Under the pieces are notes generated by a model. It had not been told where the DNA came from, made no database searches, and was given only the letters and a program-made list of their open reading frames with translations. A stretch of 63,118 nt of DNA, filler included, from Chiloscyllium plagiosum (lineage: Eukaryota): assembly GCF_004010195.1 (NCBI RefSeq). It is 5 parts of one record of this genome, joined end to end, with 100 filler letters (N's around TTAATTAATTAA, not from the genome) between each part and the next. Parts side by side here need not be neighbours in the genome. Positions count along the whole stretch, not along the records: positions 42,372 to 61,362 come from NC_057712.1; 4 more parts are not named here. One strand, 5' to 3'. Positions 49,091-61,462 of the stretch are shown here, piece after piece (position 1 is the stretch's first letter; each line of letters begins with the position of its first letter). A program made the position numbers and the translations under genes.

Positions 49091-50061
49091 AAATGCTTTT
49101 TAAATACTTTGACTCTGGTGTTATTAATTGGAATCTGTTTCTTGAGTTGTTTTTTTTTAATATATGAAGATGAAGTTCCAGAAAATCCTAAATGTAACTT
49201 GTACCAATTTAGAGCTTAGGCCCCTCTTTTTTCTTCAATTTAACCTAAAGGGATATTGGAAATTTGTTTTTTTAGTTATATTTAATGTTACATACATCTC
49301 AGAGGTTAGCTCCTGGACATACTTTGTGCATGCACCAAAGACTTTAATATTTATTTTGTCTTTCTTTAATCAGATATGGATACAGCACTCAAGGTCTAGT
49401 CTCACCAGAGCACAGCAACATAAACACATTTTGATCTGATCCATACTGGCCATCCAGCCAATTTAGCCATTCCTGATCAAAGTTGTAGTGGCATCACACT
49501 TTTGTATGCTCAGTCGATACATATGAATAGTGATGGTAAAGGCCCTAAATTTTTTTCTTTACATGGCTGACCAGATTTGCCGCCCCTAACCTCTGCAATC
49601 TTCAAATGAATATACTTGAAGCAGCCATCAAATCCTGGTGAGCCCAGAATTTCTGTCTCAGGCAGGGGTATGCTCCACCCACTGTGCTTCCAAATCTTCC
49701 ACGATTTTGGTACAGACTGTAAAATATGTGGAGAACATCTACTGGATATAAAATAAAATTATACTCAAGTCAAATATTTAGCTCCAGACAGATAGTGGAA
49801 GAGAGGCACTCTTTGTGTCATGAGGCACAGGAGACTTCTACTAAGTATCGCTTAAACGCAAAAGGAATTAGCTATCTTTACATAAATATACTTGTCAAAT
49901 ATGGTGAGAGTATTGAGTGTTGATTTTGTAATGTATGCTGTTATTTAGTAGGTGGAATGTGTCATATCAGACCTATGTATTCTGTGACTTTTCTAACTGG
50001 TCATATCAAACACATGCATTTTTAAGTTCCTCCTAGAAAATTAGCCAAGAAAACAAAATAT

Positions 50062-51460
50062 TAGAACATAAGAATGTAATAAATGGAAGCAAGAATAGGC
50101 CATCTGGCCCCTCGAGCCGCCATTCAATGAGACGATGGCTGATCTTTTTGTGGACTCACCACCATTTACCTGCCAGCCCACCATAACTATTAATTCCTTT
50201 ATTGTTCAAAAATCTACCTTTCCTTTAAAAAAACATTTAATGAGATAGCCTCAATCGCTTCACTGGGCAGGGAATTACACAGGCTTAACCCTTTGGGAGA
50301 AGAAGTTCCTCCCAAATCTGATGTCCTTTATTTTGAGGCAATGCCCCTTATTTCTAGCTTCACTCAGTAAAAACAACCTCCTTGCTTCTATTCCCTTCAT
50401 AATTTTATATGTTTCTACAAGATCTCCTCTCATTCTTCTAAATTCCAATGAGTAGACACCCAGTCTAGGCAAAAGTGAGGACTGCAGATGCTGAAAATTC
50501 AGTCTAGATTAGAGTGGTGATGGAAAAGCACAGCCAGTCAGGCAGTATCCGAGGAGAAGAAAGATAGACGTTTCGGGCAAAAGCCCTTCATCAGGACCTT
50601 TGCCCGAAACGTTGATTTTCCTGCTCCCCGGATGTTGCCTGACTGGCTGTGCTTTTCCAGCACCACTCTAATCCATACACCAAGTATGGGCGGCACGGTG
50701 GCTCAGTGGTTAGCACTGCTGCCTCACAGCACCTGAGACCCGGGTTCAATTCCCGCCTCAGGCGACTGACTGTGTGGAGTTTGCACGTTCTCCCCGTGTC
50801 TGCGTGGGTTTCCTCCGGGTGCTCGGGTTTCCTCCCACAGTCCAAAGATGTGCAGGTCAGGTGAATTGGCCATGCTAAATTGCCTAGTGTTAGATTAATT
50901 TAGATTACATTACAGTGTGGAAACAGGCCTTTCGGCCCAACAAGTCCACACCGACCCGCCTAAGCGCAACCCACCCATGCCCCTACATTTACCCCTTACC
51001 TAACACTACGGGCAATTAGGTAAGGGGTAAATGTAGGGGTATGGGTGGGTTGCGCTTCGGCGGGTCGGTGTGAACTTGTTGGGCTGAAGGGCCTGTTTCC
51101 ACACTGTAATGTAATCTAATCTAAAATCTAAGTCTACTCAATCTGTCTTCACAAGCCAACCCTCTCAACTCCAGAATCAACTTTGTGAACGTCCTCTGCA
51201 TCCCTCCCACCCCAATGCCAATACATCCTTTCCCAAATAAGGTGACCAAACTGTACATAGTACAGAACAGTTGTGGCATCACCAGCACCTTGTACAGTTG
51301 CAGCAAAACTTCCTTGCTTTTAGTTAAAAATCACACAACACCAGGTTATAGTCTAAAAGGTTTATTTGGAAGCACTAGTTTTCGGAGCGCTGCTCCATCA
51401 GGACGTTGTGGAGTATAAGATCGTAAGATACAGAATTTATAGCAAAAGTTTACAGTGTGC
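50062..51460. mobile_element. CR1 3' fragment (-) with nested PLE inverted pair (50471-50673), HE1 SINE (50688-51130 +) and PLE family B repeat (51323-51460)
   Basis: LGVYSLEFRRMRGDLVETYKIMKG and MLQLYKVLV on minus. Recognisable nested repeats. Confidence 0.8.
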
Positions 51461-51654
51461 AACTTAAATGATATATTGTGTCAGGATTTACTTAATGTGT
51501 TAGGGTGTATTATCCATCTACTATCAGTAAAGGAATGACTTTTGCAGGAACCAATCCAATATACTGCTTTTTCTGCCTTGGCTGGAATCTCTTTGTAGAC
51601 ATTTAATACCCCTTATGCTACCACATCAACTTAACTGCCTCTCTCCATACCAAT

Positions 51655-53873
51655 TGGTAATGAACCAGGCCAGGTGTTTGATTTAGTGGTAGGTGAGCAC
51701 CTTGGAGAGAGTGACCATAATTCAGTTACGTTTAGTTTAGTGATGGAAAGGGATAGGTACATGCCACAGGGCAAGAGTTATTGATGGGACAAGGGCAATT
51801 ATAATGTGATTAGGCAAGACTTGGGATGCATAGAATGGGGTAGCAAAATGCAGGGGATGGGGACAATCGGAATGTAGAGCTGATTTAAGGAACAAATATT
51901 GCGTGTCCTGGATAGGTATGTCCTGTCAGGCAGAGGGAAGTGATAAGGTAAGGGAACCATGGCTTACTACAAAAATTGCATCTCCTGTTAAGCGGAAGAA
52001 GGAGGCTTATGTGACGATGACACAAGATGGTTTACATGAGGCGATGAAGAGTTACAGATTAGCTAGGAAGGATTTAAAGAGAGAGTTAAGAAGAGCAAAG
52101 AGAGGAGATGAGCAATCTTTCGCAGGTAGAATAAAGGAATCAAAGGATGACTAGGGTAGGAATAGGGCCAGTCAAAAACAGATGTGGGAAGTTATGTGTG
52201 GACCCTGTGGAGATCAGAGAGGTGTTAAACAAATATTTCTCATCGGTTTTCATTCAGGAAAAGGAGAATATTGTAGAGGAGAAGAATGAAATACAAGATA
52301 TTAGACTAGAAAGGATTGAGGTTAGTAGGGAAGAGATGTTATCAATTCTAGAAGGAGTGAAAGTAGACAAGTTCCCTGGGTTGGATAGGATTTTTCTGAG
52401 AATTCTCTGGGAAGCTAGAGAAGGAGGTGTTGGAGCCTTTGGTTTTGATCTTTGAGTCGTCATTGTCTACATGTTTAGTACCAGAGGACTGGGGAATTAC
52501 AAATGTTGTGCCCTTGTTCTCGAAGTGCAGTAGAGATGACCCAGTTAATTATAGACCAGTGAGCCTTATGTCTGTTGTAGGAACAGTTTAGGAAAGGATA
52601 AGATAAAGGATTTATAATCACCTAGCAAGCAATAATTTGATTGCAGATAGTCAACATGATTTTGTCAAGGGCAGGTCATGTCTCACAAACCTCATTGAGT
52701 TTTTTGAGAGGCTGACCAAGCATATGGATGAGGGTAGGGCAGTTGCTGTGGTGTACATGACTTCAGTAAAGCCTTTGATAAGGTTCCACATGGTAGGCTG
52801 TTGGAGGAAATGCAGAGGCATGGGATTGAGGGTGATTTAGCAGTTTGGATTAGAAACTGGCTTTCTGTAAGAAGGCAGCAAGCAGTGGTTGATGGAAAAT
52901 ATTCAGCCTGGAGTCCAGTTACTCGTGGTATGCGACAAGGATTTGTTTTGGGAGCATTGATGTTTATCATTTTTATAAATGACTTAGATGCAGGCATAGG
53001 TGGATGGGTTAGTAAGTTTGTAGATGACACTGACGTTGATGGAGTAGTGAACAGTGTGGAAGAATGTTGCAAGTTGCAGGGGGACTTAGATAAACTGCAG
53101 AATTGGGCTGAGAGGTGGCAAATGGAGTTCAGTGCTGCTAAATGTGAGGTGATTCACTTTGATAAGAATAACAGAAAGGCAGAATACTGGGTCAGTGGAA
53201 AGATTCTTGATAGTGTAAATGTACAGGCTACGTCGAACAGTCCATCTTCCGTCATTTCACCAGCACCACTCCCCACCTCTTCCTCCGCTACATTGATAAC
53301 TGCATTGGCGCCACCTCGTGCGCCAGCGAGGAGGTTGAACTTCACCAGCACATTCCACCCAGGCCTTAAATTCACGTGGGCCATCTCTGACACCTCCCAC
53401 CCCTTCCTGGACCCATCTATCTCCATCAATGATGACCGACTTAACACTGACATTTTTTTACAAACCCACCGACTCCCACAGCTACCTGGATTACACCTCT
53501 TCCCACCCTACCTTCTGCAAAAATGCTATCTCGTATTCCCAATTTCTCCACCTCCGCCGTATCTGCTCCCAGGAGGACCAGTTCCACCACAGAACACACC
53601 AGATAGCCTCCTTCTTTAAAGACCGTAAATTCCCTTCCCACATGGTTGAAAGTGCCCTCCAACGCATCTCATTCATGTCCTACACCTCCGCCCTCAAACT
53701 CTACCCTTCCAACCAGAACAAGAACAGAACACCCCGATCCTCACCTTCCACCCAACCAACCTCCGCATAAGCGGCATCATCAGCCGACATTTCCACCACC
53801 TACAAACGGACCCCACCACCAGGGATATTTCCATCCCCACCCCTATCCGTGACTACCTGGTCAGGTCCACGCC

Positions 53874-53919
<46 letters not shown>

Positions 53920-55256
53920 CCCCCCCCCCCCCCCCCCCCAAGCCGCACNNNNNNNNNNNNNNNNNNNNNNNNNNNNNNNNNNNNNNNNNNNNNNNNNNNN
54001 NNNNNNNNNNNNNNNNNNNNNNNNNNNNNNNNNNNNNNNNNNNNNNNNNNNNNNNNNNNNNNNNNNNNNNNNNNNNNNNNNNNNNNNNNNNNNNNNNNNN
54101 NNNNNNNNNNNNNNNNNNNNNNNNNNNNNNNNNNNNNNNNNNNNNNNNNNNNNNNNNNNNNNNNNNNNNNNNNNNNNNNNNNNNNCCTGGAGGCCCCCTG
54201 CCTCATTCCTTATTAAGGGTTTTTGCTTGAAACGTCAATTGTCCTGCTTCTCAGATACTGCCTGACCTGCTATGCTTTTCCAGCACCATGCTAATCTTGA
54301 CTCATCATCAGCATCTGAAGTCCTCACTTTTGCACAGAGGGATCTTGGAGTCCATGTACATAGATCCCTGAAAGTTGCCCCCAGGTTGATAGTGCTGCTA
54401 AGATGGCGTACGGTGTGTTAGATTTTATTAGTAGAGGGATTGAGTCTGGAGCCATAATGTCATGCTGCAACTATACAAAACGCTAGTGCGGCCGCACTTG
54501 GAATATTGTGTATAATGGCGGCCCCATTACAGGAAGGATGTGAAAGTATTGTAAAAGGTGCAGAGGAGATTAACAGGATGTTGTTGCCTGGTCTGGAGAG
54601 AAGGTCTTATGAGGAAAGGCTGATAGTGCTGCTAAGATGACGTATGGTGTGTTAGATTTTATTAGTAGAGGGATTGAGTCTGGAGCCATAATGTCATGCT
54701 GCAACTATACAAAACGCTAGTGCGGCCGCACTTGGAATATTGTGGATAATGGCGGCCCCATTACAGGAAGGATGTGAAAGTATTGTAAAAGGTGCAGAGG
54801 AGATTAACAGGATGTTGTTGCCTGGTCTGGAGAGAAGGTCTTATGAGGAAAGGCTGAGAGACTTGGGTCTGTCATCATTGGAAAGAAGAAGGCTAAGAGG
54901 GGATTTGATAGAAACATACAAGATGGTCAGAGTATTAGATAGAGTGGACAGTGAGAGTCTTTTTCCTAAGATAATGACGTCAACTTGTACGAGGAGGCAT
55001 AGCTACAAATTGAGGGGCGACAGATTTAAGACAGATGTCAGAGGCAGCTTCTTTACTCAGAGTGTGGTAAGGGTGTAGAATATCCTGCCTGCGAATGTAG
55101 TTAACTCAGCCATATTAGTGAGATTTAAACAATCCTTGGGATAAGCATATGGATGATGATGGGATAGTGTAGGGGGATGGGTTTAGATTAGTTCACAGGT
55201 AGGCGCAACATTGAAGACCGAAGAGCCTGTTCTGCTCTGTATTGTTCTATGTTCAA
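51655..55256 (+). mobile_element. CR1 LINE ORF2 (APE end to 3' tail) interrupted by a PLE (53227-54331)
   Basis: GEHLGESDHN, QHDFVKGRSCLTNLIEFFE, SKFVDDT, SVNVQ|RDLGV junction and 3' tail. The insert encodes PLE RT thumb motifs (FHPGLKFTW..SD..PFLD, FYKPTDSHSYLDYTSSHP, SQFLHLRRICS). Confidence 0.85.
54387..54854 (+). repeat. 234-bp tandem duplication inside CR1
   Basis: 54387-54620 and 54621-54854 differ at about 3 positions; tga microhomology at the junction. Confidence 0.9.
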
Positions 55257-55411
55257 TGTTGTTGTGATTTCCACCATCAACTGTCCTTTATTTTAAATCA
55301 GAAATGTATTTTACATTTTGCTGAACATTGTAACAAAGGCATTTCACTAAATGTCTTGGCCAAATCTGAAAATAAAGTGTATGTGTTGAATATTTATCAT
55401 CTTTTCCATAG

Positions 55412-55510
<99 letters not shown>

Positions 55511-55939
55511 TAAGCTGACAAGAAATACAAGACTTCTAAAGAAGAGTCATACTAAACTCAATTCCACTCTTCACAGATACTGCTAACTCTATTGAGTTTC
55601 TCCAGCATTTTTTTGATTTTATTTCATACTTCTAACATCTGCAGTGTTTTATTTCATAAGAAATACAGGTAGATATTTTTATCAATATTTTCAAGAGAGA
55701 TGTATTTAAACTATCAATTTTTCATGGTCTGTAAGATTTCCAAACGATTTTAAAGTTATTGTGTTGTTTTCAAGTTCTCTTTGCACATTCAGTATATCAC
55801 ATCCTGATATTAATTCAGGAAGAATCACTGAATTAATATCCTGCTATTGCCACTATCATCCTGCAGTCTGAAACACTCAAGTCCTCCTGCCTTGCCACCT
55901 CCTTCCTGTTTTTACAACATCCTTAAGCCTTGAGGTTTA

Positions 55940-56480
55940 GAGTCATAAAGATATACAGCATGGAAACAGACTCTTTGGTCCAATTCATCCTTGCCAACCA
56001 GTTATCCAAAATTAATCTTGTCCCATTTTGCCAGCACATGGCCCATGACCCCCTAAACCCTTCCTATTCATATACCCATCCAGATGCCTTTCAAATGTTG
56101 TAATTGTACCAGCCTCCACTGTTTCCTCTGGCAACCCATTCCATAGACGCACCACCCTCTGCACGGAAAAGTTGCCCTTGAGGTCCCATTTAATTCTTGC
56201 CCCTCTCACCTTAAATCTATGCCCTCTAGTTTTGGACTCCCCCCACCCTGGGGAAAAGACCTTGCCGTTTACATGTTCAATGCCTCTCTTTATTTTACAA
56301 ACCTCTATAAGGTCACTCCTCAGTCTCCGATGCTCTAGAGGATATTGCCCCAGTCAATTCAGCCTTTCCCTATATCTCAAACCCTCTAAACTTGGCAACA
56401 TGCATGTAAATCTTTTCTGGACCCTTTCAAGTTTCACAACGTCCTTCCTATAGCAGGAAGACCAGAATTACATGCAATTT
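55940..56480 (-). mobile_element. CR1 3' fragment (continues at ~59010-59090 after a PLE cluster)
   Basis: VQRVVRLWNGLPEETVEAGTITTFERHLDGYMNRKG. Confidence 0.85.
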
Positions 56481-56484
56481 GTCA

Positions 56485-58548
56485 ACAGCGAGTTTTGAGA
56501 AGATTTGTAGCTCAGATTGAAGTTTTGGATGTAGGTTTGCATGCTGAGCTGCAAGGTTCATTTCCAGACGTTTTGTTACCCTACTAGGTAACACCTTCAG
56601 TGGTGAAAATGTGTTGCTGGAACAGCGCAGCAGGCCAGACAGCATCCAGGGAACAGGAGAATCGACGTTTCGGGCATAAGCCCTTCTTCAGGAATGAGGA
56701 AAGTGTGTCCAGCAGGCTAAGATAAAAGGTAGGTAGGAGGGACTTGGGGGAGGGGCATTTGAAATGCGATAGGTGGAAAGAGGTCAAGGTGAGGGTGATA
56801 GGTCAGACTGGGGTGGGGGCGGAGAGGTCAGGAAGAAGATTGCAGGTTAGGAAGGCGGTGCTGAGTTCGATGGACAGAACCCCACTGGTCCTCACCTACC
56901 ACCCCACCAATCTCCATGTACAGCATATCATCCGCCGTGATTTCTGCCACCTCCAAACGGACCCCACCACCAAGGATATATTTCCCTCGCCTCCCCTATC
57001 AGCATTCCGTAAAGACCACTCCCTCCGTGACTCCCTTGTCAGATCCAAACCCCCCACCAACCCAACCTCCACTCCCGGCACCTTCCCCTGCAACCGCAGG
57101 AGGTGCAAGACTTGCGCCCACACCTCCCCCCTCACCTCCCTCCAAGGCCCCAAAGGAAACTTCCATACCCGCCACAGATTCACCTGCACCTCCACACAAT
57201 CATCTATTGCATCCTCTGCACCCGATATGGCCTCCTCTATATTGGGGAGACAGGCCAGCTACTTGCGGAGCGTTTCAGAGAACACCTATGGGACACCCGG
57301 ACCTCCTGACCTCTCCGCCCCCACCCCAGTCTGACCTATCACCCTCACCTTGACGTCTTTCCACCTATCGCATTTCCAATGCCCCTCCCCCAAGTCCCTT
57401 CTCCCTACCTTTTATCTTAGCCTGCTGGACACACTTTCCTCATTCCTGAGGAAGGGCTTATGCCTGAAACGTCGATTCTCCTGTTCCCTGGATGCTGCCT
57501 GGCCTGCTGTGCTGTTCCAGCAACACATTTTCAGCTCTGATCTCCAGCATCTGCAGACCTCACTTTCTCCAACATCTTCAGTGGGCCTCAGGCGAAACAA
57601 TGCTGAAAATTCCTGTTTTCTATTTATATGTTTGGGTTTCTTTGGGTTGGTGATGTTATTCCCCTGTGGTGAAGTCACTTCCTGTTCCTTTTCTCAGAGG
57701 GTGGTAGATGGGGGTCTAACTCGATGTGTTTGTTGATAGAGTTCTGGTTGGAATACCATGCTTCTAGGAATTCTCATGCGTGTCTTTGTTTGGCTTGTCC
57801 TAGAATGGATGTGTTGCCCCAGTCGAAGTGGTGTCCTTCCTCATCTATACGTGAGGATACTTTGTGGCTAGTTGGTGTTCATGTATCCTGGTGGCTAATT
57901 TTCTGCATTTGTCCAATGTAGTGTTTGTTACAGTCCTTGCACAGTATTTTGTAAATGACATTAGTTTTGTTTGTCTGGATAGAGTCTTTCAAGTTCATAA
58001 GCTGCTGTTTTAGTGTGTTGGTGGGTTTGTGGGCTACCATGATGCCTCAACCTGAACTACAAATCTTCTCAAAATTCGCTAAGACCTATGGGCACATTAT
58101 GCTAAAACTGGCCTGAAAATGGGAAACGAATGCCAACCGACAGAATGCTACCCACGAATAACTGTACTTCCTGCATGATTGCCAAGGGAAACAGGTACTA
58201 CCTAAACGTCTTCAATACAAACATCCCCTTAACACCCCACTAGCCATAAGAAGAGCAGAGCAAAACGGCCGCAAAATGCTTAGAGAAATGATTAATGATG
58301 CCCACAACAGACTCCATAAATACAACTGGGAAATTTTGCATCAAAAATCTTCACTCAGTCATACAACAGACCATGACTGGATAGTCACAGTACAACAAGC
58401 CATTGATATTAGACAGTGACAAACACAAAACATGAAAAAAACGAGACCTATAGAAAAAAACTAGACAAACTTACACAAAGTAACAAAACTGACAACACAG
58501 AAGCATGGATAAAAACTTATCTGACTGACCCTTAACAGACACTGAAAA
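56485..58548. mobile_element. PLE family C element with inverted structure (repeat + GIY-YIG on minus to ~58047; ORF N-terminus on plus 58047-58548)
   Basis: Minus: REFLEAWYS and YKILCKDCNKHYIGQ. Plus: KWETNANRQ..LYFLHDC.GKQVLPK.. and WIKNLSD.PLTDTEK. Confidence 0.75.
56604..57570 (+). mobile_element. PLE family A insertion (inverted repeat + GIY-YIG body + repeat) with 14-bp TSD
   Basis: PLVLTYHP..GTFPCNRRRCKTC..IIYCILCTRYGLLYIGETG. TSD aacaccttcagtgg (56590-56603) / aacatcttcagtgg (57571-57584). Confidence 0.9.
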
Positions 58549-59559
58549 GTAAGGCCACAGGGCGGTGGGGTTGATTGGTGCAGGTGTCCCGGAGAGGTTC
58601 CCTAAAGCGCTCTGCGAGAAGGCGTCCAGTCTTCCTAATGTAATAGAGACCTCATCGGGAACATTTCAACTCCCCCCTCCCACTCTGCTGAGTGTATGCA
58701 AGTCCTGGGCCTCCTCCACTGCCTCTCCCTCATCGCCCGAAGCCTGGAGGGAGAACGCCTCATCTTCCGCCTCGGAACACTTCAACCCCAGGGCATCAAT
58801 ATGGACTTGACCAGTTTCCTCATTACCCCTCTTTCTCCCCCCCCCCCCATCCCAGTTCCAAACTTCCAGTTCAGCACTCCCATTTATCTCTGCACCCCAG
58901 AGGCTCCCAGCCTCATTTCTGGAGAGGGGCCCCTGCCCGAAACGTCGATTTTCCTATACATCGGATGCTGCCTGACCTGCTGTGCTTTTATAGCACCACT
59001 GTAATCTGGATTCCCAACTCTTATACTCAATGCACTGACCAATAAAGGCAAGCATAACAATTGACACCTTCACTATCCTGTCTACCTTTGATAATCCAGT
59101 TCATTTTATTTCTGCTATTTCGTGTAGCCTTTTTACTTCTGCATTTTGCGTGGCTTTGGCTTGTTCCCTCTTAATCTCAGTGTTGAAGGCTGATGAAGTG
59201 TTTTGAGCTGGCAAGCACTTAACAGCTACTTTGTAAGGAATTCCTTCCAGTCATTTGCAAAAGTCAGCTATCCTACTTTGATAGAAACAGATTAACTGCC
59301 AAAAATAAACCTTGGACAATGGCTAGCTGGGCTGGACTTTCTATTCTGTCACTCAGGAGTTTGCAAGTAGAAAACAACACAGGAAGTTAATTACTTGTGG
59401 CCATACACCTAAAAAGTATAGTTCATCCAAATATTGTATTTTTGTAACAATACACACATTATTTTCTAAATTGAGTTAATTAAAAACATCGGCAACATTT
59501 AACTTCTTAAAAATTTGATTTTTTAGTCATCCTATTTTTGATGGAAATGATGTATAAAA

Positions 59560-60700
59560 AATAGTAACAGAAGGAGGCTGTTTGACCCCTTGAGCCAGCT
59601 CCACCATTCAATAGGATCATGGCTACTTTACCTTTTCCCCAGAATCCTGATCGCCCCAACTGATCAAGAATCTATCTATCTCATGCTTAAAGGGACACAA
59701 GGACTCTGACCCCAGCACTCTGTGGCAAGGACTTCCAAAGATTCTCAACTCTCTGAGAGGAGAAATTCCTTTTCATCTCAATCTTAAATTTGTGTCTCTT
59801 TATTCCAAGACTAAGCCTTTGGTCCTAGACTCTCCCACAAGTGGAAACATCCTCTCAGCATTTACCCTGCCAAGCCCCTTAATAGTCCAATATGCTTCGA
59901 TAAGATCACCTCTCATTTTTCTAACCTTCAGTGAGTAGTCACAACCTGCTTAGCCTTTGCTCATAAGACAATACCTCCATACCGAACATCATTCTAGTGA
60001 ACCTTATCTGGCATGCATTGATGAAATAATATCTTTCCTTAAATAAAGAGACCAAAGTACTGCTCACAGTAGTGAAGATATGGTCTCACTAAGTCCCTAT
60101 TCTTGTACTTCAACCCCCTTGACAAAAGGGCCAACATTTCATTAGCCTTCCTGATTACCTTATGAATCTGTGTGCTAGCTTTGTGTGTTTTGGACACAGG
60201 TACCCCCAAGTCACTTTCTGTTGCAACGTCCTGTAGTTTTTCTCCATTAAATAATATGCTTACTCTTTTGCTCTTCCTTCTAAAATAAACAACTTCATCT
60301 TTTTCCATATTATACTCCATTTCCCAACTTTTTGCCCAGCGAATTAACCTAACAGTATTTGTCTTCAAAGTTTGTACACTCTCACACAACTTGCTTTGCC
60401 ACTTTTTTTTTTGTCATGTGCAGATTTAGATACAGTCCATTCACTTCCCTTCAAGTCACCTGGTGAAGGGGCAGCACTCCGAAAGCTTGTGATTTCAAAT
60501 AAACTTGTTGGACTATAATCTGGTGTGACTTCTGACCATCCTCCAAGTCATTAGTATATATTGCATATGGTTAGGTCCCGACATTGATATCTGTAGAATC
60601 CCTCTGAAGAAGAACCCCTTATTTCCATTCACTGTTTCCATGCCCATTAACCAATTGTCTACCCACACCAATTTACTGTCTCTAACACCATGGATTCTGA
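59560..60700 (-). mobile_element. Old CR1 RT to 3' end with PLE family B fragment (60456-60530)
   Basis: WAKSWEMEYNMEK, ESDLGVPV, LVRPYLHYC. Confidence 0.75.
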
Positions 60701-61462
60701 TGACCAAATAAATTGTTTTTCTCTTCCCTGAGTATAGTGGTGAATGTAGACTTTAATTCTCCTCTTTGTTTCCAGGTATTTTACATGTGGCCAGAAGTAT
60801 TTTACATGTGGCCAGAAGCAAACTGCACTTGCTGAAAATTATTTCAATTTTATACACTGATACTTTGAATTGACTTTTTAGAAAAATTTGAAATGCCATT
60901 GCATATTAAGAAAATGCTCTATGCTAGTGTACATGCTTATTTATTTCCAGTATCTGTATCCTGACATTATTGTTCATAATCAATTGCGCATAAATCAGCA
61001 ATACAAATAACATGCATTTCAAAGTTTTGCGTTCAATCTGATGCACTGTACTGGTGGGAAAGCAATGTCAAATATCTTGTTTATCAAGGATAGAAATGTT
61101 TCTTTTTATTGTTGGCCCAGAAATTTGAACTAAAAAGAGAAATTCTGGAAATACTCAACATCAAAGTGTCCTTGATAAGTATGTACCTGTCAGGCAGGGA
61201 GGAAAGGGTTGTGTGAGGGAGCCGTGGTTTTATAAGGAATTGGAATCCCTTGTTAAATGGAAGAGGGCGGCCTATCTCAAGATGAGACGTGAAGGTTCAA
61301 TTGGGGCGACTGAGAGTTATAGGGTAGCCAGGAAGGACCTGAAGAGAAAGCTAAGAGCAGCANNNNNNNNNNNNNNNNNNNNNNNNNNNNNNNNNNNNNN
61401 NNNNNNTTAATTAATTAANNNNNNNNNNNNNNNNNNNNNNNNNNNNNNNNNNNNNNNNNNNN

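Noticed and set aside
49612..49660. Minus-strand GSPGFDGCF triplets
   Set aside because: Only three triplets, no pyrimidine-tract acceptor or in-phase donor; expected by chance.
50688..50765. tRNA-like sequence with A and B boxes
   Set aside because: It is the tRNA-derived head of an HE1 SINE, continuous with the SINE body, not a tRNA gene.
53849..54265. Poly-proline / poly-glycine ORFs
   Set aside because: They derive from a poly-C run abutting a gap within a C-rich PLE region, likely low-quality sequence.
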